Positions 1 through 14,080 of a stretch of DNA of 64,000 nucleotides are shown here, piece by piece. Made by a program: the position numbers and the translations under genes. Origin of the DNA: Eledone cirrhosa (taxonomy: Eukaryota); the NCBI GenBank assembly GCA_964016885.1, contig OZ024740.1:73656001-73720000 (forward strand). The letters run 5' to 3'. The first letter of the stretch is position 1, and each line of letters starts with the position of its first letter. Below the pieces are notes generated by a model that did no database searches, was not told the origin of the DNA, and saw only the letters and a list, made by a program, of their open reading frames with translations.

Positions 1-1250
1 CGTTCTTATCCTAGTTATTGTACTTTCTGAACACTCACCTCCGCTGCTAATTCGGTCACCTAGGTAGCAGAAGCTGTCTACTGTTTCTACAGAGCCCTCC
101 CAGAGATTGGTGGTACTTGTTTCCTGTGGCTGTTTGCTGCTTGCTGTCCCAGCACAGCTGCTACATGTGAAGCCTACATTCTTAGTTAAGCTTCCTGAGA
201 TCCTGCTACATCTCTTGTGTACCCATTGTTTGCATTTGGGGCAGAGAATGGAGTTCCTACCTACACCTTTCCTACATACTGAGCGAGGCCATTTCCCTGA
301 GGGAATCTGGGTTCATGTAAGGTTGATGCTCCACCGATTGCACAAGAGAGGTTGTTATGTCTTTGACACAACTGACGGCCCTCCTGACCCTTTTGTTTGG
401 CAAGATGCCTTTTCTATCACCAACCACTTTATATTGTGTACTGGGTGCGTTTATCTTGTAGATCACCAATAGTAGGGAGGCTGTCACGTCCTTGACATGA
501 ATGAAGGATCCTCCAAACCACTTGTTTGATGTTGAGGATAACTGTTGGGGAGTGGATGCTGGGGAAGGGGGTATGCTGTAGTTCGGATCACAAGCCATTT
601 GTCTACACCTTGCTTCCTAAGTGCCCACCAGATTATAGAGCATGGGATCCTGTCAAAGGCCTTCTCCAGATCATCAAATGCTAGATACAGTGGCTTACTC
701 TTAGCTAAATACCTCTCCTCTAGTTGTCTCACCAGTAAGAAGGCTTCAGTAGTACTCCTACCTGACATAAATCCAAACTTCTTCTCATCTAACCCGATTC
801 TGTCCCTAATTAGCTGTGCTATGCATCTGACTAGTTTGTATCGTACCATGCCAGGTGCTTTAGCAGCTCAGCAACTATACTGGATGGTCCAGCTGCTTTC
901 CTTACCTTCATGTCCTTAATTGCTTTATCTATCAAACTGCTGTCAATTTTTATGGCTGGCCACTCAGTAGAGTCTGCATGGAGTAGGCTCTCACTCTCCC
1001 ATTCGTTTTCCTCGTTCAGCAGTCTCTCATAGTAGGTTTTCTATGGCTCCTCTTCAGTATCAGACAGGGCAAATGCCCAACTGTTATTTCTTCAACCACA
1101 TCACGATTTTCTCAAACATAAAGTCTTGCAATCCTGAACACTTCACACCTCTGATCTTCATGGTGCAAATTTCTTCTTTTTTGCCTCGCCCCTCACTAAA
1201 TAACCTTGGTGCCTAGCCTCCCTTCTTGCTATCTGGTGTTGCTTTCTGTC
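1..1250 (-). mobile_element. Fragmented/decayed RTE LINE pieces
   Basis: 1-312 is nearly identical to 14893-15202. 590-850 encodes QLIRDRI...DLEKAFDRIP. 330-480 resembles the 3'UTR. Confidence 0.85.
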
Positions 1251-2796
1251 TCCTCTGTTCCTCTATTTTCTCCAAGCTTTTCTTTTTTATAGCTCTTTCT
1301 ACCTTGCATTCCACCATCATGTCGCTCTCTGTCCTTCTGGGACCTTGCTCCAGCCACAGACCTGGCTTGTGGCTTCTAGTAGGTTGTCCCATAGAAATTC
1401 CCAATTTTTCTCTATATGTCTCTAACTCCTCTTCCTTACTGTTATCTACAGCAGTTTCTCTCAACTTCCAAGTTTTCCTTCTCCAGACTGCTTTTGTCTC
1501 TTGGTCCAGCTTAGAGGTAGGAGAGCCACCCAAGTTTTTGGTGATACCCAGAGGATTTATATGCATGTCAGGTTCTTTTGTGTTTTGTATTGTTTGCCAT
1601 ACAAATGTATGTAGTCATTCCCCGTACCAGTGTCAGCAGTAGCTACAACCCTTCACTAAGTTTTTTGTACCCTAAATGATGTTTATACTATAGTGGCAAA
1701 GTGTGTGTGGAGGGGTGTACAACCTACTACCCTCCATGTCAGCATGGTAAGATGAACCGATAGGGAAGGGCTTTTGGGAATTGGCCTCCATGGATGCACT
1801 ACACTGTAAAAGGAGGACTGTAGGTGTACTCTAGGAGTAGTGCGGTGAAACATTTTAGTAGGGTTTAGTTATATATTAAAAGTTTGTCTCAAGCCCGAAG
1901 GCTCATCAGGCCAGTACTTATCCTGGTTTCCATAGTGTAAAGCAACTGAGAATACAAGACTTCCCCTGAGACAGGACACCAGCTCATCCCAGGGTTAATT
2001 CATGGGCATGTAAGATATACATTATTTGTATTTAATCGAATATCATGAGCTTATTCTAACAGGAATGGAATTTTCTTGTTAGTTTAATGAAATGGTTGAA
2101 AATCAGTTAAATGATTTAATTAAATCTTCGTTAATCTTTATTCTTTTATATATCATCATCGTTTTTACGTCCATTTTTCCATGGTTACATGGGTTGGAAA
2201 AGTGTGTATATATATATATTTTAATTATAACAAACCCAAACCTCCACTACACAGGAATAATTAGAACAAAAATCTTAACTGGTTTTTGAAAATGGAAAGT
2301 CAGTGTGTATTGGGTTACAAAAATATATATTATATCAATATAAAAATGATCACACATATCTTGTGTTGGGTAAAATATAGCTATAGATAATATTTTCTTT
2401 CCATTCATACACTAACAAAGTAATAACTAACAGAAATACATACATATATTATCGTCATCCTGTGTGTGTCTGTATGTGTATGTACGAGCATGTGTGTAAA
2501 GCTATGCTATTAACTTAATACTAATATCATAATACTGATATTATGTGAATTACTTCATTGCTTAGATGCATTTAAAAAAAAAAAAAACATCCATAGTTTT
2601 TATTTTTTTAATTATAAGTTGAACCCTTTTCTGACCATATTTCTAATGAAAGACACTATTCCAATCAGATAATGAATGATTTTGAACAATTTACTTACAT
2701 TATTAATCGTTTTATTATATATATATATATATATATATATGCGTGTATATATAAGGAAAAGATATCGAAAATGTAACTGGAGTCTTTAAGAATATT

Positions 2797-4435
2797 TATT
2801 TGTTTCCTTTACCGGTTTCACAGTTCTTATGCTTTTCAAAAATTAGAATTGAGATGGTTTTTCTTGCATCTGGTTGTTGTTTGAATGTAACTTCTGTTTT
2901 ATGTGGAAAAAAGTGGCTCGAATTGCTAGGTTTAAAACAAAAATAATTTGGTTGGTTGATGACTGTCACGTGAATAAGTATAGTAAATTTCGCGCCAGTT
3001 TGCATTACAAAGTTCTTATTGTATTTGCCTTTAAAAAAAAGTGGCTCAAATTGTTGTTTTTTCATATATAAGTGAAATTTGGTTGGTTGATGACTGTCAC
3101 ATGAATAAGTACATCAACTTTCGCATTTGAAGGTTCATTTTTGTCATTTTCACTTTAAAAAGTGGCTCAAATTATTGTTTTTTTTATAAGTGTAATTTGG
3201 TTGGTTGATGACTGTCATGTGAATAAGTACATTAAGTTTCGCAGTATTTGCCATTTTCACAGTCACATGATTTGTCATAGAGGGTTTTGTGCCAAACAAA
3301 AGATAATGGTCAAGAAAAGGGATGAGAAATTGTTCTGGTTCAGTGAGTATAGCTGATGTGCTGAGGTGTCAAAATTCAGACTTTCTATTGAAATAAATTG
3401 AAAGTGTGTCGATAGTTGTGGTGGCAGCAACAAGGTAGAAAATAGAGATATATATTTTTATTTGTGTATGTAGGAAATGGAGAAGCATGTTATGTGTGTG
3501 TGGGGGGGTATGGTTAGCGTATTAGGGTGTGAAAATATTAATGTATGTTATAGTATATTTAGCTCTGGTCTTTTATTTTTGAATATAGAAGAGGGCGTTA
3601 TGTATGTGTGTTTGTATGTGTAGCATGTTATGGTGTTAACATAATGTATATTAAACTATATTTAATGCTGGTCTATATTTTTGAATAAACATATTTTCCT
3701 TATTTATTCGTATTTGGTCTGTTGTTTGTCAGTGCAAAGATAAAGTGGGAAGACTTGGAATTTGGGTGTCTTATCGCTTGCGCATATGTCTAGATGTGCA
3801 CTGAGTGGTATCTGTCTTGTGTATAAAATCACTTCACTTGCTCATCAAAAAATTTACTTTATGCCATTAAATGTAAAGGATGCTACGACGATTATATAGG
3901 GCAAACTAAACTTACGTTCAGAAACAGGATGACAATTTATCGCCAACAATTACAAGACCCTACCAGAAGACAGATACCACTCAGTTTCCATTTCTACTAA
4001 TGGAATCATTTTCCTACACACACACATCTTCACACAAATAAAAAATATATATCTCTATTTTCTACCCTACCGCCACCACCACTATCGACACACTTTCAAT
4101 TTATTTCAATCAATTTTGACACCTCAGCACATCAGCCATACTCACTGAACCAGAACAACCAAATTTCACTTATATATGAAAAAAACAACAATTTGAGCCA
4201 CTTTTTTTTTAAAGGCAAATAAGAACTTTGTAACGCAAACTGGCGCAAAATTTATTATACTTATTCACCCAACCATTATTTTTTTAAAAACCTAGCAATT
4301 CGAGCCACTTTATTCCACATAAAACAGAAGTTACATTCGAACACCAACCAAATGCGAGAAAAACCACAAACCCTCCATCTTAATTCTACTTTTGAAAAGC
4401 ATAAGAACTGTGAAACTGAAACCAGTAAAGGAAAC
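2797..4435. mobile_element. Penelope-like element remnant with nested inverted repeats
   Basis: The + strand at 3850-3990 gives NLLYAIKCKGC..DYIG.QT..FRNRMT.YRQQ..RQIPLS. The - strand at 3655-3825 gives RQIPLSAHLDICA...KENMFIQKYRPALN (GIY-YIG). Arms 2797-3100/4160-4435 and 3330-3500/4015-4160 are inverted. Confidence 0.8.
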
Positions 4436-4464
4436 ATATGTATATACATATGTGTGTATGTATA

Positions 4465-4516
<52 letters not shown>

Positions 4517-4572
4517 TATATATATATATTTGTTTTGCAAGATTTCTTATCTGAAAACATGTCTTGAAACAG

Positions 4573-4877
4573 ATATTGTTATACTTAGGGAGGGTATTGC
4601 TGCCAATAAAAATACACACACCTGTTGGTTTTCACTTCTATTTATTGCAAATTGTCAATACACAAAAAACAAGATGGTGTAAAACAGTACAAAGGAGAGA
4701 TTCAAAATAAATTCATCACTGAGGAGGCCACAGAATGTATGGCAAAAGAGCTTTGTCAATAAATAAACAACCATCTAGTTATTAAAGCAACCAACTGGAA
4801 ATTTGTAATGAATTGAAGTGAAAAGCAACAGGTGTGTGTGTTTTTATTGGCAGCATGACCCTCCCAAAGTATAATAT
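4573..4877. mobile_element. Short foldback element, ~80 bp arms, with a degenerate hammerhead-like core in the loop
   Basis: 4573-4653 is inverse to 4800-4877. Loop contains CTGAGGA-GGCCA...TGGC-AAAA-GAGCTT. Confidence 0.6.
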
Positions 4878-4893
4878 GTATATAAAATTAGTT

Positions 4894-5045
4894 ACAACAG
4901 TGACATATACAGGTACTTAAGTTTCATTGCGTTATACACCCCAACCTATTCAGCCTACTATATAAAGCAAGATCGCTACTGCCACCGCTGAATGAGTTGT
5001 GGTGTATAACCCAACAAAACCTAAGTACTTGTATGTCACTGCTGT
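4894..5045. repeat. Short imperfect foldback (~47 bp arms)
   Basis: acaacagtgacat...gttatacacc versus ggtgtataac...gtcactgctgt. Confidence 0.7.
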
Positions 5046-5046
5046 G

Positions 5047-5071
5047 ATATATATATATATATATATATATA

Positions 5072-5109
<38 letters not shown>

Positions 5110-5200
5110 ATATATATATATAATATATATAATATATATATAATATATATATATAATATAATATATATATATATAAATATAATATATATATAATATATAT

Positions 5201-5248
<48 letters not shown>

Positions 5249-6704
5249 TATATATAATATATATATAATATATAATATATATATAACATATATATAATAT
5301 AATATATATAACATATATATATAATAATATAATTAATATAACATATATATATATATAATATATATAACATATATATATATATAATATATATATAACATAT
5401 ATATATATAAATATATATATAACATATATATATATATAATATATATATAACATATATATATATATAATATATATATAACATATATATATAATATAATATA
5501 TATATATAACATATATATATATAATATATATATAACATATATATATATAATATATATATAACATATATATATATATAATATATATATAACATATATATAT
5601 ATATATATATATATAACATATATATATATATAATATATATATAACATATATATATATATAATATATATATAACATATATATATATATAATATATATAAAC
5701 ATATATATATATATAATATATATATAACATATATATATATATAATATATATATAACATATATATATATATAATATATATATAACATATATATATAATATA
5801 TATATAACATATATATATATATAATATATATATAACATATATATATATAATATATATAACATATATATATATATAATATATATATAATATATATATATAT
5901 ATAACATATATATATAATAATATATATATAACATATATATATATAATATATATATCATATATATAATATATATATATATAACATATATATATATATAATA
6001 TATATATAACATATATATATATATAATATATATATAACATATATATATATATAATATATATATAACATATATATATACGTTATATATATATATATATATA
6101 TATGTTATATATATATTATATATATATAATATATATATAACGTATATATATATATAATATATATATAACATATATATATATATAATATATATATAACATA
6201 TATATATATATAATATATATATTATATATATATATAATATATATAACGTATATATATATAACATATATATATATATAACATATATATATATATAATATAT
6301 ATATTATATATATATAATATATATATAACGTATATATATATATAATATATATATAACATATATATATATAATATATATATAACATATATATATATAATAT
6401 ATAATATAACATATATATATATATATATAATAATATATATATAACATATATATATATATATATAATATATATATATAACATATATATATATATATATATA
6501 TATAACATATATGTATATATATATAATATATATATAACATATATATATATATAATATATATATAACATATATATATATATAATATATATATAACATATAT
6601 ATATATATAATATATATATAACATATATATATATAATATATATATAACATATATATATATATAATATATATATAACATATATATATATATAATATATATA
6701 TAAC

Positions 6705-6742
<38 letters not shown>

Positions 6743-6802
6743 TATAATATATATATAACATATATATATATATAATATATATATAATATATATATAATAT
6801 AT

Positions 6803-6835
<33 letters not shown>

Positions 6836-7043
6836 ATATATATATATATATAATATATATATATAATATATATATATAATATATATACAGATATATATAT
6901 ATAATATATATAACATATATATATATATAATATATATAACATATATATATAATATATATATAACATATATATATAATATATATAACATATATATATATAT
7001 AATATATATAATAACATATATATATATATAATATATATATAAC

Positions 7044-7075
<32 letters not shown>

Positions 7076-7301
7076 ATATATATATATAATATATATATAT
7101 ATAATATATATAATATATATATATTAATATATATATATATATAATATATATATATATATAATATATATATATATGATATAATATATATATAACATATATA
7201 TATAATATATATATAACATATATATATATAATATATATATAACATATATATATATAATATATATATAATATATATATATAATATATATATAATATATATA
7301 T

Positions 7302-7332
<31 letters not shown>

Positions 7333-7574
7333 ATATATATATAACATATTATAACATATATATGTATATATATATAATATATATATGTATATATATATAT
7401 ATATATATAAATAATATATATATAATATATATATAATATTATATATATATATAATATATATATAACATATATATAACATATATATGTATATATATATAAT
7501 AATATATGTATATATATATAATATATATATATAAATAATATATATATATAATATATATATAATATATATATATA

Positions 7575-7622
<48 letters not shown>

Positions 7623-7693
7623 TATATATATAATATATATATAATATATATATAATATATAATATATATATATATAGATATATATATATATAT

Positions 7694-7737
<44 letters not shown>

Positions 7738-7945
7738 TATATAATATATATAATATATAATATAATATATATATAATATATAATATATATAATATATATA
7801 TAATATATATATATATATAATATATATAATATATATATATAATATATAATATAATATATATATAATATATAATATATATATATATATATTATAATATATA
7901 ATATATATATATAATATAATATATATATATAATTATATATATATA

Positions 7946-7982
<37 letters not shown>

Positions 7983-8015
7983 ATATATATATATAATATA
8001 TATATATATAATATA

Positions 8016-8074
<59 letters not shown>

Positions 8075-8257
8075 TATATATTATATTATATATATATATA
8101 TATTATATTATATATATATATTATATATATATATTATATATATATATTATATATATTATATATATATATATAATATATATATATAATATAATATATAATA
8201 TATATATAATATATAATATATATATTATATATATATTATATATATATAATATTTATA

Positions 8258-8310
<53 letters not shown>

Positions 8311-8508
8311 ATATATATATTATATATAATATATATATATATATTATATAATATATATTAATATATATATATATATAATATATATATATATATAATATTA
8401 TATATATATAATATATATATATATAATATAGATATATATATATATATAATATATATATATAATATATATATATAATATATATATATAATATATAATATAT
8501 ATATATAT

Positions 8509-8558
<50 letters not shown>

Positions 8559-8753
8559 ATATATATATATAATATATATATATAATATATAAATATATAA
8601 TATATATTATATATATATATAATATATATATATATATATAATATATATATATATATAATATATATATATATATAATATATATATATATTATATATATATA
8701 TATATATATAATATATATATATATAATATATATATATATATATAATATATATA

Positions 8754-8801
<48 letters not shown>

Positions 8802-8919
8802 TATATATAATATATAATATATATATAATATAATATATAATATATATATATATATAATATATATAATATATATAATATAATATATATATATATATATAAT
8901 ATATATATATATATATAAT

Positions 8920-8962
<43 letters not shown>

Positions 8963-9065
8963 TATAATATATATATATAATATATATATAATATATATAT
9001 ATATAATATATATTATATATATATATATATATATAATATATATAATATATATATATATATATAAT

Positions 9066-9120
<55 letters not shown>

Positions 9121-9197
9121 ATATATATATATTATATATATATAATATATATATAATATATATAATATATATATTATAATATATATAATATATATAT

Positions 9198-9230
<33 letters not shown>

Positions 9231-9276
9231 ATAATATATATATAATATATATATAAATATATATATAATATATATA

Positions 9277-9315
<39 letters not shown>

Positions 9316-9327
9316 TATATATATAAT

Positions 9328-9370
<43 letters not shown>

Positions 9371-9398
9371 TATATTATATATATTATATAATATATAT

Positions 9399-9483
<85 letters not shown>

Positions 9484-10135
9484 NNNNNNNNNNNNNNNNN
9501 NNNNNNNNNNNNNNNNNNNNNNNNNNNNNNNNNNNNNNNNNNNNNNNNNNNNNNNNNNNNNNNNNNNNNNNNNNNNNNNNNNNNNNNNNNNNNNNNNNNN
9601 NNNNNNNNNNNNNNNNNNNNNNNNNNNNNNNNNNNNNNNNNNNNNNNNNNNNNNNNNNNNNNNNNNNNNNNNNNNNNNNNNNNCTCCCCTCGACTAACAC
9701 TCCTGGTCCCTCTATCGGGTCGATAAGGGGGATATATATATATAATATATAATATATATATATAATATAATATATATATATATATATAATATATATAATA
9801 AATATATAATATATATAAAATATATAATATATATAAAATATATAATATATATAAAATATATAATATATATATATATATATAAAATATATAATATATACAA
9901 AATATATAATATATATATATTATATATATAATATATATATAATATATATATATATATAATATATATATAATATATATGTATATTATATATATTATATATA
10001 TATATATATAAAATATATATGTATATATATATATATAATATATATATAATATATATATATATATAATATATATAATATACATATAATATAAATAAAATAT
10101 ATATGTATATATATATATATAATATATATAAAATA

Positions 10136-10178
<43 letters not shown>

Positions 10179-10327
10179 TATAATATATATAATATATATA
10201 TAATATATATAATATATATAATATACATATAATATAAATAAAATATATATGTATATATATATAATATATATAAAATATATATGTATATATATATATATAT
10301 ATATAAAATATATATGTATATATATAT

Positions 10328-10359
<32 letters not shown>

Positions 10360-10380
10360 AATATATATGTATATATATAA
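5047..10380. repeat. Compound (TA)n microsatellite about 5.3 kb, containing the assembly gap
   Basis: Directly visible; variant units TAACA and TAA. Confidence 0.98.
9484..9683. other. Assembly gap (200 N)
   Basis: Run of n. Confidence 1.
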
Positions 10381-10589
10381 AGTATTAAAAAAATAATGAA
10401 TAAAACAATGAAACAGTTCCTTATATTAAACAAAAAAAGTTCATTATTTAACGATCGTTTCATAATTATCGTGATGACTGTCTTCTTCTTTCCAACAACC
10501 TTAGCCTCTCAGAATAGAAAAAAAACAAAAAGCTTATTAGAACTTTCCTTAAAGACTATTATAGTCTTCATATTACTTTTGAAATCACA

Positions 10590-12240
10590 AGTAAAGTAGT
10601 TAATTTCCTAGATATAACTTTAGACTTAGCTACGGGTATCTACCAACCTTACCATAAACCCAACCAAAACTTACACTACATACACTCACAATCTAATCAC
10701 CCTAATCTATCCTTAAAAACCTTGCATATAATATATCACTTAGAATTTCTAACCTTTCATCTAACCAGATGTATTTGATAAAAATGCGACCTTCTATAAC
10801 GAAGCTCTAGATAGAAGTGGCCACAAAAATAGATTAGAATATATACCTTCTACTAAAAATACTATAAACATACAACCTAATATTACCAACGAAACACCAA
10901 ATGAAAAGTACACACCTAAATGCCACCCACACTATACCCCAAAATACCAACAACTCCTCTAATATAAGTATAGTAACTCTCAAAAAAACTACTCATCATA
11001 CAACTCTAATAAATGTTAATAATAAAACTCCTAATAAACAAGATAAAACACCTAAATCAATAAATCTAACTAAAAATGTGCGTGGTGAGTCATTAACATT
11101 AATCCTCCTAGTAAACATCACGATACAACCTATAAAATAATAAACAACATAGAAACCGTAATAGACGAGTTACTTGGTATAATGCTCCATTTAATTTACA
11201 AATTAAGGATAAGATTGCTAAAAATTTTTTTATATCCTAGAGAAAAACTTCCCGCCAAACCACAATACCATCAAATGTTAAATAGGTCAACAGTTAAATT
11301 CTCATACTCAACAACCAAAAACATAAAACAAAATATAAGTGCCTATAATGCATATAAATGTAAAAATACCATAAGTATACCACCAATACATCAAACTAAC
11401 CATAATATCTCCTCAAATACAGAATTAACGAAAGGTTGTAACTGTAGAAACAAAGCAAACTGCCCATTAAAAGGAAATTGTCTGTTAACAACATAGTTTA
11501 TAAATGTAATGTTAAAACTAAAGATTCTATTTGCTCATATATAGGAGCTACTTCTAACAATTTTAAGGTAAGGTTTAATACCCACAAACATAGTTTTAAA
11601 ATGCCGCACTGGCTAATACAACATCTCTAGCAGAAAAAATTAATAGTTATAGAAATAAGAATATAGAATATGATATGACCTGGAGTGTGCTCAAAAGAGC
11701 CACCCCTTATCAAAATAATAGAAATGAATGTAGATTATGTTCCCAAGAACTATTTGAAATAATGAAATCTAAGATATCCTATTAAATAAGCGACAGGAAT
11801 TAATTATATCGTGTAATCATAAACTGAGAAAAAACATTTAAATATTATAAACCTAATTAATAATATATATTTTAGAAATTAATATATAATTAATTAAATG
11901 TAGTTACCTATAAATTTAATTTAATTAAAATTCTACTACAGATGAGATTATAAAATATTGTGTAATCATAAATTGTGAAAAACTTTTAAATATTATTAAC
12001 ATAATTAATATATACTTTGTAATTAATTTATAGATTAATTTTAGTTTATTTAACCTTTTATTAAAATTCCTTTACAGATGAAATATAACAAAATATCGTG
12101 TAATCAATAACAGAGAAATATTTTTTAATATTATAAACCTAAATAATGTACAATTTAGAAATTTATTTATAAATTAATTTTAATTTAGTTAACCTATAAT
12201 TTTAATTTAATTAGCTTAAAATTAAAATTCTAATACAGAT
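10590..12240 (+). mobile_element. Decayed Penelope-like retroelement (RT C-terminus + GIY-YIG, possibly Naiad-type) with tandem 3' repeats
   Basis: NFLDIT..YQPYHKPN..YIHSQSNHP; VTWYNAPFN; CNCRNKANCPLKGNCL; YIGATSNNFK.RFNTHKHSF; ECRLC. Frameshifted. About 130 bp units at 11850-12240. Confidence 0.85.
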
Positions 12241-12825
12241 GTTAGCCGTCCGTGGTCGAAACAATGAGGAGGTGCTCGCATTCTCGTCCAAGAGGTGAAT
12301 CTGTCTTTATCTTTGGCATTGTCGCTGAGCGTCCAGATTTTTCTCTCTCTCCTCCACTTTCCAGGATTCCGCAGTCCATCCATCCATCATATATCGAAAG
12401 GCAACCAGGCAAGCGATAGTATAGGCCTCTGGCTTCTGATTGGTCCGCGTAATAATAATACTGGTGATGCGTGGGGGCTCTGGCTTATGATTGGTCCACG
12501 TAATAGCAATGGTGGTGCGTGGGGGCGGGAGGGAGGGGTGTTGGGTAGCTAGATAGAAGGTAATGATTGAATGGGGTCCTTGCACATTTAACAAGCGATT
12601 AACAAAAATACAAAATTTGTTCTGTTCAATACAACCAAAAACTTTCGTATCTAACAATTAATAAATACAAAAAATGTAGATTGTTTTAGCGATAGATTGG
12701 CTATTTGGACTTGATACGAAATATGGAGTGTGGAGGTAGAGATGAAGAAAAATATGTACATTACGTTACATGAATATCGTGGAGGAGACAGCAAAGCAAT
12801 GAAATTTGGCGAAGTGAATTTCTAT

Positions 12826-13103
12826 CATATATATAATATATATAAGAGAGAGAGAGAATATATATATATAATATATATATAATATATATATAATATATAT
12901 ATATATATACATAATATATATATAATATATAATATATATATAATATATATATAATATATACATAATATATATATTAATATATATATAATATATATATAAT
13001 ATATATATAATATATACATAATATATACATAATATAATAATAATATATAATATATATATAATATATATATAATATATATATAATATATACATAATATATA
13101 TAT

Positions 13104-13136
<33 letters not shown>

Positions 13137-13304
13137 ATATATACATAATATATACATAATATATATATAATATATATATAATATATATAATAATATTATA
13201 TAATATATATATAATATATATATAATATATATATAATATATATATAATATATATATAATATATATATATAATATATATATATATATATAATATATATATA
13301 ATAT

Positions 13305-13336
<32 letters not shown>

Positions 13337-13445
13337 ATATATATAATATATATATAATATATAATAATATATATAATATATATATAATATATATATTATA
13401 TATATATATAATATATATATAATATATATAATATATATATAATAT

Positions 13446-13477
<32 letters not shown>

Positions 13478-13570
13478 ATATATATAATATATATATATAA
13501 TATATATAATATATATAATATATATATATAAAATATATATAATTATATATAATATATATAATATATATAT

Positions 13571-13601
<31 letters not shown>

Positions 13602-13723
13602 ATATATATATATATATATAATATATATATATATATATAATATATATATATATATATAATATATATATATATATATAATATATATATATATATATAATAT
13701 ATATATATATATATAATATATAT

Positions 13724-13755
<32 letters not shown>

Positions 13756-14080
13756 ATATATATATATATATAATATATATATATATATATAATATATAAT
13801 ATATATATAATATATATATATAATATATATATAATATATATAATATATATATAATATATATATATATATAATATATATATATATATAATATATATATATA
13901 ATATATATATATAATATATATATATAATATATATAATATATATATATAATATATATAATATAATATATATATAATATATATAATATATATATATAATATA
14001 TATAATATATATATATAATATATATATATAATTATATATATAATATATATAATATATATATATAATATATATATATAATA
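12826..14080. repeat. (TA)n microsatellite
   Basis: Directly visible. Confidence 0.98.

Noticed and set aside
10590-11850. Selenocysteine recoding as in some Naiad elements
   Set aside because: The Cys motifs I could read use normal Cys codons; the interruptions are frameshifts or TAA/TAG.
11930-12265. Tandem CAGATGA...GAAA motifs after the Penelope-like ORF as hammerheads
   Set aside because: The core reads CAGAUGA rather than CUGAUGA, and no convincing stems form. At most they are fossils.
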